From positions 26,984 through 90,983 of the forward strand of contig JBHPCX010000002.1 in assembly GCA_042573485.1 (NCBI GenBank): a stretch of DNA of 64,000 bases, read 5' to 3'. The position numbers and the translations under genes are program-made. This DNA comes from Thermodesulfobacteriota bacterium (GTDB taxonomy: Bacteria; Desulfobacterota; DSM-4660; Desulfatiglandales; HGW-15). Below, one piece after another: positions 1 through 9,147 of the stretch. The notes beneath the pieces were generated by a model. The model worked only from the letters and a program-made list of their open reading frames with translations, was not told the origin of the DNA and did not search any database. The number at the start of each line of letters is the position of its first letter. The first letter of the stretch is position 1.

Positions 1-193
1 ACCGGCGGGAATCAAGTATAACCTTACGTTTCAGGAAACGTAGAAAAACGTTCTGCAGAACATCCTCGGCGTCGGTCTGATTTCCGGTTACCCGCAACGC
101 GGTATGGTAAACCGGATCAGCATAACGCTGGTAGAATTCATGAAAATCATCTGTTACGTTCATAACCACCGCTGCAATGTTGGCATTTTTCAT
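1..193 (-). CDS. ECF-type RNA polymerase sigma factor, N-terminal fragment (gene continues past left edge)
   Basis: My own translation of the minus strand from the ATG at 193 gives MKNANIAAVVMNVTDDFHEFYQRYADPVYHTALRVTGNQTDAEDVLQNVFLRFLKRKVILDSRR, open to position 1. It fits the sigma-70 region 2 pattern F..FY..Y...VY..A.R..GN..DAEDV.Q.VFLR. It is absent from the supplied ORF track because it is truncated. Confidence 0.5.
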   Translation of the reverse strand, partial: MKNANIAAVVMNVTDDFHEFYQRYADPVYHTALRVTGNQTDAEDVLQNVFLRFLKRKVILDSRR

Positions 194-418
194 ATTAACC
201 GTCCTTTATCCAGTAATACGCAACAAAGGGCGGAAAAGTTCCCTCACCAAAACACTTTTTAAGATAAGAAGATATCTCAGGTTTCATAAGTATCGTTTCT
301 AGGGCATTATTCTTTTCTCCCAACTTCAATGGACTTGAGATATCATTTATTAAATCTCTCCGCGATCACAGTGCGGGTAAAACGATAATCCGTATTATGG
401 TAATATTAAATAAAATTT

Positions 419-3400
419 CTAGATAATTTTATTCAAATCTTCACCGGGAGCAAAACCTCGTCGAAGTGTGTTTTCCGAGACATTTCTGGGTACCATGAAC
501 TGGAGCAGGTAGTCCGGACCTCCCGCCTTTGATCCCACACCTGACAACTTGAATCCTCCAAAGGGGTGCCTTTCCACAAGTGCGCCGGTACAGCCGCGGT
601 TGATGTAAAGGTTACCGACCCGAAAATCTTTCCTGGCCATGGCGATGTTCTGGGGACTTCGTGAAAACAAGCCGCCTGTCAACGCATACTCAGTATTGTT
701 TGCCACTTCAAGTGCTTCATCAAAGTCCGAAACCTTTATGACTGCCAGAACAGGCCCGAAGATTTCTTCCTGCGCGATCCGGCTTCGGCTCTGAACATCT
801 GTGATGATAGTGAAAGGTGTAAAATGACCTCCTGAATCCGGGAAACTTCTTTCAAGTAAGGTCTTTCCTTCTTTTTTCCCGATTTCTATATACTGGAGAA
901 TCTTCTTCCTGGCGTCATTACTAATAACCGCGCCTATAAAGTTTTTAGGATCTTCCGTAGGCCCTATCTCTATGCTTTCCGCGGCGGCTTTGAGCCGTTG
1001 GATAACATTGTCATAATTTTCTTCAAGTACAATTAAACGGGAACAGGCTGAGCATTTTTGTCCCTGGTAGCCAAAAGCAGACTGGAGAATGTAGCCAACA
1101 GCTTCATCCAGATCGGCATCAGCGTCTACAATAATGGCATTTTTCCCTCCCATCTCGACAATAACATTTTTGACGTGTGTTGATCCTTCAGGCATTTTGC
1201 CTGCCAGCCGGATGATTCGAAGCCCTACATCCTTGCTTCCGGTAAAAGCGATAAGTGCTACATCAGGATGTGTAACTAAAAGATCGCCAACCTGATCGCC
1301 CTGGCCTGGAACGAAATTGAGAACACCACGGGGAAGCTTTGCTTCTGAAAAGATATCAATGATCATTGAGCCGGTCACGCAACTCTGTGATGAAGGTTTA
1401 TAGACAACACTGTTCCCCGTTACCATGGCTGCGGATACCATACCCAAAGAGATGGCAAGAGGGAAGTTCCACGGGGCGATTATTGATGCTACACCCCGGG
1501 GCTCATAGAATATATGGCTGTCTTCTCCCGGCACTTCGGCCGTACGCCTGGGATCGGCGAGGCGGATCATCTCTCTGCCATAGTATTCGAGAAAGTCGAT
1601 AGCCTCACATACATCGCCATCGGCTTCACTCCAGTCTTTTCCCACTTCATAGACCTGAAGGGCAGCCAGATCATAGCGCATTTTACGGGCTATGGCGGCT
1701 GCCTTAAAAAGATATTCGGCTCGATCTACTGGATCTGTGTCTCTCCACACAGGAAAAGCCGCCCTGGCAGCTGCTATTGCACTTTGAGTCTCCGTTTTCC
1801 CCGCCATGGCTACAATTCCCACTATCTCTTCATGGTTATTGGGATTTTTAGAATAAATTTCTCGGCCTGTAGTTACTTTTTTTCCATCTATTAAAGCTGG
1901 TATCCTGTAAGGAAACCCTTTCTTCACCTTTTGCAGTGCTTTACTGAAAAGTTCCCTGTGTATGGAAAGATTCCAATCCCAGAGCGGCTCATTCCGAAAA
2001 GGCCCTTTGTTCTCATATTTTATGGACTCTTCAACTGTATCCGATAAAGAGGTTTCCTTTTCCTTAAAATCAAGAGGATTTGTCAATAGTTTTTCCCGGG
2101 AAATACCTTCCGCGAAACTCTGGCGGAGAAAGGATTCGTTGGAAGTGTTTTCAAGGAGCCGTCGTACCAGATATGCCATGCCGGGGATCATTCCCCCTAC
2201 AGGTGTGTAAAGGCGGACCGGAAACCCTGCTTTTTTCAATGCGTTTTGGACAGGCTCGGCCATTCCGTACAGGATTTGGAATTCCAGTTTTTCTCGTGGA
2301 ACATTAAGTTCTTTAGCCGTCTCTAAGATATAAGCAATGGATCTAATGTTATGGGTGGCACATGCCATATGAACCAGGTGATGATTCTCCAGAATACGGC
2401 GGGCCAATTTTTCAAAGTTTGCGTCTGTTTCATGCTTATTTGTAAATACCGGGATGGGCCAATTTTTTTGCTCTGCCCAGACAACTTCCGAATCCCAGTA
2501 TGCCCCTTTCACCAGGCGAATTGTAAACCTCTGGTTCCTTTTGCCGGCCCACTTTAAAAAATCATTCAGGTCCTGCTCGCTATCTTTCAAATAGGCCTGT
2601 ATTACAATTCCTGTATGAGGGTATCCCGTGAATTCCTGTTCCTCCATGAGACTTTGGTAGACGGCAAGTGTGAGGTTTTTCAGAGCATAATGTTCCATAT
2701 CAAGCGTTAAATGAGCCCCTTCATCCATTGCCCTGCGGAATATCTGTCGAAACCTTTCCCTGGCCTGGGACACTGAATAATCAAAAGACCTTGCATTCAT
2801 CTGAGAATAGGTAGTGGAAGGCTTTATCGAGACATTAATTTTGGGATGAGTTCCCCAATCAAGTTCATTCCTTTCAGATTCGATAGATTTCCACTCTTCC
2901 TTTGCTTTTTTAAGTATCTCGAAGAGTTCCAGGTAGCGATTGAGATATTCCTCCGCCTCAATTTCAGATACCACAGCTTCTCCCAGCAGGTCGGCTGTAA
3001 AAGCGATTCCCTGAGAGCGAAGCTTTTCCCATTCGGGAAGGGCCTCCTTAGGAGTCGCTCCCGCGATGAATTGCTTTCCCATGATTTCAATGTTCTTGGC
3101 AATACCTTTGGCAACTATCTTTGTAACTATGGATTTGGGAGAAACAAAGTGGAGCCCCCATTTCAAAGCGGTGGGAAACTCCTGTTCGGGCCTGCCGAAA
3201 TATTCCGTTAGGTGTTGAGCAATGGATTCAGGGCGTTTCAGACAGGGAAAAACATCAATAAACCTGAAGAGTTCAGTTTTAAATGCTTCATCCTTCATGC
3301 ACCAATCCATGATTTTTCCCATCCAATATTCTTTTTTAAAAACAGCAGGTGATTCTCCTTCAATCAGTTGATAAAGCCAAAGACCTGTCTTTCGAATACG

Positions 3401-3421
3401 GGATTCAAGATCGTCACTCAT
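419..3421 (-). CDS. putA: Bifunctional proline dehydrogenase / L-glutamate gamma-semialdehyde (P5C) dehydrogenase
   Basis: 1000-aa ORF. The N-terminal half resembles a proline dehydrogenase barrel. The C-terminal half is an aldehyde dehydrogenase with EMGGKNAIIVD and the catalytic-Cys motif GQKCSACSR. ATG start. Confidence 0.8.
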   Translation of the reverse strand: MSDDLESRIRKTGLWLYQLIEGESPAVFKKEYWMGKIMDWCMKDEAFKTELFRFIDVFPCLKRPESIAQHLTEYFGRPEQEFPTALKWGLHFVSPKSIVTKIVAKGIAKNIEIMGKQFIAGATPKEALPEWEKLRSQGIAFTADLLGEAVVSEIEAEEYLNRYLELFEILKKAKEEWKSIESERNELDWGTHPKINVSIKPSTTYSQMNARSFDYSVSQARERFRQIFRRAMDEGAHLTLDMEHYALKNLTLAVYQSLMEEQEFTGYPHTGIVIQAYLKDSEQDLNDFLKWAGKRNQRFTIRLVKGAYWDSEVVWAEQKNWPIPVFTNKHETDANFEKLARRILENHHLVHMACATHNIRSIAYILETAKELNVPREKLEFQILYGMAEPVQNALKKAGFPVRLYTPVGGMIPGMAYLVRRLLENTSNESFLRQSFAEGISREKLLTNPLDFKEKETSLSDTVEESIKYENKGPFRNEPLWDWNLSIHRELFSKALQKVKKGFPYRIPALIDGKKVTTGREIYSKNPNNHEEIVGIVAMAGKTETQSAIAAARAAFPVWRDTDPVDRAEYLFKAAAIARKMRYDLAALQVYEVGKDWSEADGDVCEAIDFLEYYGREMIRLADPRRTAEVPGEDSHIFYEPRGVASIIAPWNFPLAISLGMVSAAMVTGNSVVYKPSSQSCVTGSMIIDIFSEAKLPRGVLNFVPGQGDQVGDLLVTHPDVALIAFTGSKDVGLRIIRLAGKMPEGSTHVKNVIVEMGGKNAIIVDADADLDEAVGYILQSAFGYQGQKCSACSRLIVLEENYDNVIQRLKAAAESIEIGPTEDPKNFIGAVISNDARKKILQYIEIGKKEGKTLLERSFPDSGGHFTPFTIITDVQSRSRIAQEEIFGPVLAVIKVSDFDEALEVANNTEYALTGGLFSRSPQNIAMARKDFRVGNLYINRGCTGALVERHPFGGFKLSGVGSKAGGPDYLLQFMVPRNVSENTLRRGFAPGEDLNKII

Positions 3422-3563
3422 GATCCACTCTCCTTTGGGCTATATAATATTAAATATGTCTGATTTTATCCTACATTTATTAGGACTAAGGTCAAGAAAT
3501 TTGCTATAATAATTTCTTACTCGAACATGGCAGATAACTATAAGGTATGGACAGGGGGTAATT

Positions 3564-4889
3564 ATGGTTGAAAAGGTTATCATAATGGGGGCTGCAGGCA
3601 GGGATTTCCATAACTTTAACGTCTATTTTAAGGATAATTCTCGTTATGAGGTGGTTGCCTTTACAGCAACTCAAATCCCAACTATAGAAGAAAGATCCTA
3701 TCCATCTGAACTTGCTGGAAAGCTCTACCCGGAGGGGATCCCAATTCACACCGAAGACCAGTTAGCCACTCTTATCCGTGAGTACAGGGTGGACCTGGTG
3801 GCCTTTTCCTACAGTGACGTACCATACGCTGAGGTGATGCATAAGGCATCTATTGCAATGGCAGAAGGGGCGGATTTTATTTTTATAGGCGCTACATACA
3901 CAATGCTCAAATCAAAGAAACCCGTTTTAGCGGTTTGCGCTGTAAGAACAGGCTGTGGAAAATCGCAAACTACCCGAAAGGTGTGCAGCATACTTCAAAA
4001 GCTTAATAAACAGGTGGTAGTCGTTCGCCACCCCATGCCCTACGGAGATTTGCGAACCCAGGTGGTTCAACGATTTTCATCCTATGAGGACTTTGAAAAA
4101 CATCAGTGCACCATTGAGGAGCGGGAGGAATATGAACCTCTCGTTGATCAGGGGATTGTAGTGTACGCAGGGGTCGACTATAGAAAAATTCTAAAGGCGG
4201 CAGAAGAGGAAGCCGATTTTATCGTATGGGATGGCGGGAACAACGATACCCCGTTTTTTTGGCCGGATATACACATTGTTCTTTTTGACCCTCACAGAGC
4301 AGGTCATGAATTGTTGTACTATCCGGGTGAGACAAACATGTTAATGGCGGACATCGCGATTATAAACAAGGTGGATACAGCTTCTCTGCCCCAGACAGAA
4401 CGGGTCCGAAAGAATATTGAACAATATGCGTCAAAGGCCAGGATTGTGCTGGCAGAATCCCCTGTTATTGTCAGTGATCCTGAACGGATTAAAGGGAAAA
4501 AGGTTTTAGTGGTGGAGGATGGTCCAACCCTTACCCATGGGGATATGCCCTATGGAGCCGGTGTTATTGCCGCAAAAACTTACGGTGCACGAGAGATTGT
4601 TGATCCACGTCCTTATGCTGTCGGATCCATCCGGGAGACCTATATCCGTTATCCACACACCGGCCCTGTACTTCCAGCCATGGGTTATAGCAGAGATCAG
4701 ATCAATGACCTGGAAAGCACAATTAATAATGTGGATTGTGATCTGGTTCTTTTTGCAACACCTATTCAGCTTAAAAAAATCCTTTCTATTGATAAACCAG
4801 CTATTCGCGTGCGCTATGAGTATCAAGATCATAATCACCCTATACTGGAAGATGTTCTTTTGGAGCTGCTTGATAAACGGATATCATAG
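3564..4889 (+). CDS. COG2403-type P-loop protein (predicted GTPase / cyclic 2,3-diphosphoglycerate-synthetase-like)
   Basis: 441 aa with Walker A RTGCGKSQTT and N-terminus VIIMGAAGRDFHNFN. RBS GGGGG lies upstream of the ATG. The family is recognised from memory and its function in bacteria is unproven. Confidence 0.55.
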   Translation: MVEKVIIMGAAGRDFHNFNVYFKDNSRYEVVAFTATQIPTIEERSYPSELAGKLYPEGIPIHTEDQLATLIREYRVDLVAFSYSDVPYAEVMHKASIAMAEGADFIFIGATYTMLKSKKPVLAVCAVRTGCGKSQTTRKVCSILQKLNKQVVVVRHPMPYGDLRTQVVQRFSSYEDFEKHQCTIEEREEYEPLVDQGIVVYAGVDYRKILKAAEEEADFIVWDGGNNDTPFFWPDIHIVLFDPHRAGHELLYYPGETNMLMADIAIINKVDTASLPQTERVRKNIEQYASKARIVLAESPVIVSDPERIKGKKVLVVEDGPTLTHGDMPYGAGVIAAKTYGAREIVDPRPYAVGSIRETYIRYPHTGPVLPAMGYSRDQINDLESTINNVDCDLVLFATPIQLKKILSIDKPAIRVRYEYQDHNHPILEDVLLELLDKRIS

Positions 4890-5011
4890 AGATATCATAA
4901 AGAATTTTTACCCCTTTTTGAGTTCGTGTCCACTGACAAAATGAAAAAGGCCTCATCGGCGAATATGCTTTTTGATGGTAACATTGTCGGTATTCTGATC
5001 AGGAGCAGGTT

Positions 5012-5965
5012 ATGAAAACACAACAGGATAAGGAGATTTTATTAGTGGCACTCGGGGGTAATGCCCTTATTAGAAAGGGACAGGAGGGCACTATAGAGGA
5101 ACAACTGGAGAACTTAAGAGGTCCCATAGGACAGATTGCCCGGCTCTCTAAATATTATAGAATTATTATCACCCACGGAAATGGGCCGCAAGTTGGTAAC
5201 CTGCTGCTTCAGCAGGAGTCCTGTGAAGAAGTCCCCAGATTACCCCTGGAGATCCTGGTGGCGCAAACTCAGGGGCAGATCGGTTATATGATCGAGTCTA
5301 CTCTGGATAGCGAGTTGATGGCATTGGGGATGGATGCCCAAAAACCCTTGATAAGCCTGATTAGTTATGTGGTTGTGGATGAAAAGGATTCAGCTTTCAA
5401 GAACCTTTCGAAACCCATCGGTCCTGTATACCAGGGAGAGAAAATAGATACCCTGCCTTTCCCCGTTCAAAAAACTGCTAAGGGATACAGGCGGGTAGTT
5501 GCCTCACCCAAACCTATAACCATTGTAGAAAAGAGGGAAATTAAAAAGCTTATTGAGATGGGCTTCATCGTCATCTGTTGCGGCGGAGGGGGCATCCCGG
5601 TAATCCGGGAGGGCCGGACCTTTTGCGGTGTGAATGCTGTCATCGATAAAGACCTGGCGAGTGCAAAGCTTGCTGAAGAAGTAGGTGTCGATATCTTCCT
5701 TATTGCGACCGATGTTGAAGGAGCCGCCCTGCATTTTGGCCAGCCGGATCAGAAATACCTCCGGAATGTCACGCTGAAAGAAACCCTGAGGTACCTGAAA
5801 GAGGAACACTTTCCTCCCTATTCCATGGGGCCCAAGATCGAGGCTGCCATGGAATTTATTCGAGGCGGCGGGAAGAGAGCACTAATCTGTTCCATTGAAA
5901 ATATTGAGAAGGCCGTGGAAGGAAAAGCAGGGACTGAAATCAACTCCCTATCCCTTACCTCCTGA
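5012..5965 (+). CDS. arcC: Carbamate kinase
   Basis: 317 aa. N-terminus LVALGGNALIRKGQEG and THGNGPQVGNLLLQ are typical carbamate kinase motifs. CCGGGGIPV is also present. RBS CAGGAG. Confidence 0.85.
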   Translation: MKTQQDKEILLVALGGNALIRKGQEGTIEEQLENLRGPIGQIARLSKYYRIIITHGNGPQVGNLLLQQESCEEVPRLPLEILVAQTQGQIGYMIESTLDSELMALGMDAQKPLISLISYVVVDEKDSAFKNLSKPIGPVYQGEKIDTLPFPVQKTAKGYRRVVASPKPITIVEKREIKKLIEMGFIVICCGGGGIPVIREGRTFCGVNAVIDKDLASAKLAEEVGVDIFLIATDVEGAALHFGQPDQKYLRNVTLKETLRYLKEEHFPPYSMGPKIEAAMEFIRGGGKRALICSIENIEKAVEGKAGTEINSLSLTS

Positions 5966-7075
5966 AAGGTTTTCACCATACTTTTTCCGGAGGCCCCTTT
6001 CCACGTTTACCACGAAATCCTGAACATTGGTAAGAACAGACCTGGCAGTAAGGGATCCGCGATCGGCCAGCTTGTTTACGGCAAATTCTGACATGTCCAC
6101 GGTGTAAAAGTATACCGGACGAACCTGATATCCACTTAAAACCTTATAAGAAGGAACCATGTTTCCCGTTGCTATGGAGTGAAGCTGTGTTGCCAGTGCT
6201 ATCACTGTTGTTGCACGCCGCAACAGGGCCCGCATCTGGTCCTGGGCCTGGTAGACATCGCTGATCACTTCGGGAAGCGGCCCGTCATCCCGTATAGACC
6301 CTGCCAGCACATAGGGAAGATCTTTCTGGATCACAGCTTTCATGATCCCATCAGGAATGAACCCTTCATCAATGGCTTTTCGGATGGATCCGGAGGCTCT
6401 AATTCTGCTGATAGCGTCTAAGTGGTTGTAATGGCCGAGGAGAACTCTTTGCTTAGAATAAATTTCCTGACCCAAAGCTGTTGTAAAGAGAGCAGCCTCC
6501 AAATCGTGAGTGGCAAGGGCATTTCCAGCCAGCAACGCGTGGACGTATCCATTTCCGATCAACTCCACGAAGGCATCCCGTGCATCCCTGTCAAACACAA
6601 CCGCCGGCCCCAGTACCCAGACGACGAACCCTTCCTGCCTTTCAAAATCCAACAGGTCGTAAAGCTCGTCATAGTCGATGGAGAAGGATGTCTCCCTCGT
6701 GGTGTTTGTCCGGAAAGAGAATTTTTCGGAAGCATTCTGGTAAAAATTGAATGGCTGGGCATGAACAAAAATGCCCTGTTCTCCATTCTCCTGTCTGCCA
6801 AGGGCCACAAGATCCCCCTCCTTCAGATGCCGGAACTCAGTGACAGAGAGGGTACCGTCTTCTTTCCGCACCACAACACAGTCCATTCTTGATTCTTCGA
6901 GAAGAGACCACTCCCCTTTACTAATGTGAAAGTGTTCAGGATAGACTGATGTAGCATGATAGTTTTCCGGTGGCACACCTGACTGCCTTACCCTTTCGAA
7001 TTTCACAATGGGCGCATCAAGGAGCGGGGGCTGTTTGAAATCAGGAGGACTATATGGGGGAAGGATAAATGACAT
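5948..7075 (-). CDS. TIGR00300 / LOR-SDH-like protein, putative ornithine cyclodeaminase (AgrE/ArgZ C-terminal-domain type)
   Basis: 375 aa with motifs GHYNHLDAI and VLAGSIRDDGPLPEV, which I associate with the TIGR00300 family. Strong RBS AGGAGG. The function is inferred from the cyanobacterial AgrE/ArgZ C-terminal domain and from neighbouring PutA. Confidence 0.5.
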   Translation of the reverse strand: MSFILPPYSPPDFKQPPLLDAPIVKFERVRQSGVPPENYHATSVYPEHFHISKGEWSLLEESRMDCVVVRKEDGTLSVTEFRHLKEGDLVALGRQENGEQGIFVHAQPFNFYQNASEKFSFRTNTTRETSFSIDYDELYDLLDFERQEGFVVWVLGPAVVFDRDARDAFVELIGNGYVHALLAGNALATHDLEAALFTTALGQEIYSKQRVLLGHYNHLDAISRIRASGSIRKAIDEGFIPDGIMKAVIQKDLPYVLAGSIRDDGPLPEVISDVYQAQDQMRALLRRATTVIALATQLHSIATGNMVPSYKVLSGYQVRPVYFYTVDMSEFAVNKLADRGSLTARSVLTNVQDFVVNVERGLRKKYGENLSGGKG

Positions 7076-7177
7076 CTTGCATCACCTCCTAAACTTTGTA
7101 TATTGTGCTGTCTTTCTCTTGATCATATGTTCCTTAAGAAAGAGTCTGACCTGTCCCAATTAACAGATTCTGCACAA

Positions 7178-7193
7178 TGGTACAATTATTGCG
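7178..7193 (+). promoter_or_regulatory. Candidate sigma-54 (-24/-12) promoter, one mismatch
   Basis: TGGTAC-aatta-TTGCG with correct GG-N10-GC spacing. It lies about 420 nt upstream of the aminotransferase ATG, so a long leader would be required. Confidence 0.25.
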
Positions 7194-7611
7194 AATGTTA
7201 AATCATAATCCATATGACTAATTTTTTCAAGCTTCTCTAAATCCGTGGGAGATATATGACTGATTTAAAAAGATCCCCGCAGGCAAGCATCCGTAATGAT
7301 GAACCGGCAGACCCTGGAAGAAATATGGAGTCTGAGATTGCCAAAACTTTAAAAAAACAGTATTATTTCATCTATAATACATAACATCGGATTATACGGA
7401 TTATAAGTCTTTTCATTTACCTGTTGGACACCCTATTAAGTATATGTCATTTAAGCTTTTCTTTTAATATTTTACCCCCGTAAAAGGTCCAGAGGGTGGG
7501 GGTAAGTTTGATTCTCGAACCCCGTTATTTAAAGGTTAAGTCTCTTGTTTAATTTTCCCATTTGAACGGGGATTCAGAATCCTTCTTTCACATGTCTAAA
7601 GAGAGGTCCCT

Positions 7612-8937
7612 ATGAAATATCCCAAGATAAAGACAGTGCTTCCCGGTCCAAAAGCTTCGAAATTAATCAGTATTGATGCGGAGCATGTCTCTCCGTCATA
7701 TACCCGGGATTATCCACTCGTAGTTGACAAGGGCGAGGGCGTTTGGGTCCATGATGTGGATGGAAATATGTTCCTGGATTTCACGGCCGGTATTGCCGTG
7801 TGTGCTACAGGCCATTGCCATCCAAAAGTAGTTCAGGCCATAAAGCAGCAGGCTGACAAGCTTTTGCATATGTCAGGAACTGACTTCTATTACACCTCTC
7901 AAATTGCTCTGGCAGAAAAGCTGGCGTCTTTAGCCCCGGGAGATGAAGCCAAAAAAGTTTATTTTGGGAATTCAGGAGCAGAGGCCGTGGAAGCGGCCTT
8001 CAAATTAGCCCGTTATCATACTCGACGGGAACTGAACATCGCTTTTTTCGGAGCGTTTCATGGACGCACAATGGGGGCCCTCTCCCTTACAGCGAGCAAG
8101 ACAATCCAGAAGAGGCATTATTATCCCTTTGTACCCGGTATTACACACATTCCATATGCCTACTGCTACCGATGCCCATATAATCTCTCTTACCCGCAAT
8201 GTGGAATTGAATGTGTGCGCTGGGTGGAGGAAACGCTTTTCAGGACAACCATGCCTCCTGAAGAGGTGGCAGCCATCATTGTAGAACCTATTCAAGGTGA
8301 AGGGGGATATATTGTTCCGCCTCCTGAGTTTCACAGGGAGCTCTTCAAGATTGCACAAAAGTATGGAATTCTCTATGTGGTCGACGAGGTCCAGTCGGGG
8401 ATGGGCCGTACAGGGAAAATGTTTGCCATGGAACATTTTGGAGTTGTTCCTGACATAATGTCCCTGGCTAAAGGGATCGCCTCGGGGATGCCGCTGGGGG
8501 CAGTGATCTCAAGGTCTGATATTATGGACTGGGAAGCCGGTTCTCACGCATCCACTTTCGGGGGAAATCCGATTTCCTGCCAGGCTGCCCTGACGACCAT
8601 TCAGTTACTTGAAGAGGAACTCATGGCGAATGCCTCAGAGCAGGGAGAGCGGCTGCTGGCAGGTCTTAAGACAATGCAGAAATCCTACGAGTGCCTGGGT
8701 GATGTCCGTGGAAAGGGACTCATGGTGGCTGTTGAACTTGTTAAAGACCGTGAAAGCAAGGAACGGGCAACCCTATGGCGTAATGAAGTTCTCATGGGGG
8801 CATTCAAGAAAGGCCTGATACTTCTCGGATGCGGTGAGAACAGTATCCGTTTTTGTCCCGGTCTGACTGCAACCACAGAAGAAGTGGACCTTTGCCTGTC
8901 TATTTTTGAGGAAGTTCTCAAAGAAGTGGCGGGATGA
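7612..8937 (+). CDS. Class-III (omega) aminotransferase, GabT / acetylornithine / lysine-6-aminotransferase-like
   Basis: 441 aa with GNSGAEAVEAA, DEVQSGMGRTGKMFA and the PLP-Lys context SLAKGIASGMPLG. RBS GAGAGG. Confidence 0.8.
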   Translation: MKYPKIKTVLPGPKASKLISIDAEHVSPSYTRDYPLVVDKGEGVWVHDVDGNMFLDFTAGIAVCATGHCHPKVVQAIKQQADKLLHMSGTDFYYTSQIALAEKLASLAPGDEAKKVYFGNSGAEAVEAAFKLARYHTRRELNIAFFGAFHGRTMGALSLTASKTIQKRHYYPFVPGITHIPYAYCYRCPYNLSYPQCGIECVRWVEETLFRTTMPPEEVAAIIVEPIQGEGGYIVPPPEFHRELFKIAQKYGILYVVDEVQSGMGRTGKMFAMEHFGVVPDIMSLAKGIASGMPLGAVISRSDIMDWEAGSHASTFGGNPISCQAALTTIQLLEEELMANASEQGERLLAGLKTMQKSYECLGDVRGKGLMVAVELVKDRESKERATLWRNEVLMGAFKKGLILLGCGENSIRFCPGLTATTEEVDLCLSIFEEVLKEVAG

Positions 8938-8950
8938 TGTAGAGCATAGT

Positions 8951-9030
8951 GAAGTTCGGAGTTGGAAGTGCGAAGTTCGGAGTTGGAAGTGCGAAGTTCG
9001 GAGTTGGAAGTGCGGAGTTCGGAGTTGGGG
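8951..9030. repeat. 21-bp tandem repeat, about 3.8 copies (GAAGTTCGGAGTTGGAAGTGC)
   Basis: Three perfect units at 8951-8971, 8972-8992 and 8993-9013, plus a diverged partial unit at 9014-9030. The array starts 14 nt after the aminotransferase stop codon. Confidence 0.9.
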
Positions 9031-9147
9031 ATGACATTAAATTAGTTTTTCCTGACTGTCTGTTTTCAATCATCAATCATCATACCGGGTGTGGGGAGGC
9101 ACCCTTAACAGTCTGATTTTTTATCCGGTTGTTAAAAGCTAAAGGCA

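Noticed and set aside
7256-7351. 31-codon ORF (MTDLKRSPQASIRNDEPADPGRIWSLRLPKL) downstream of the candidate sigma-54 site
   Set aside because: It has a GGGAG 4 nt upstream, but it is short and unremarkable and I could not assess conservation. It is not reported as a gene.
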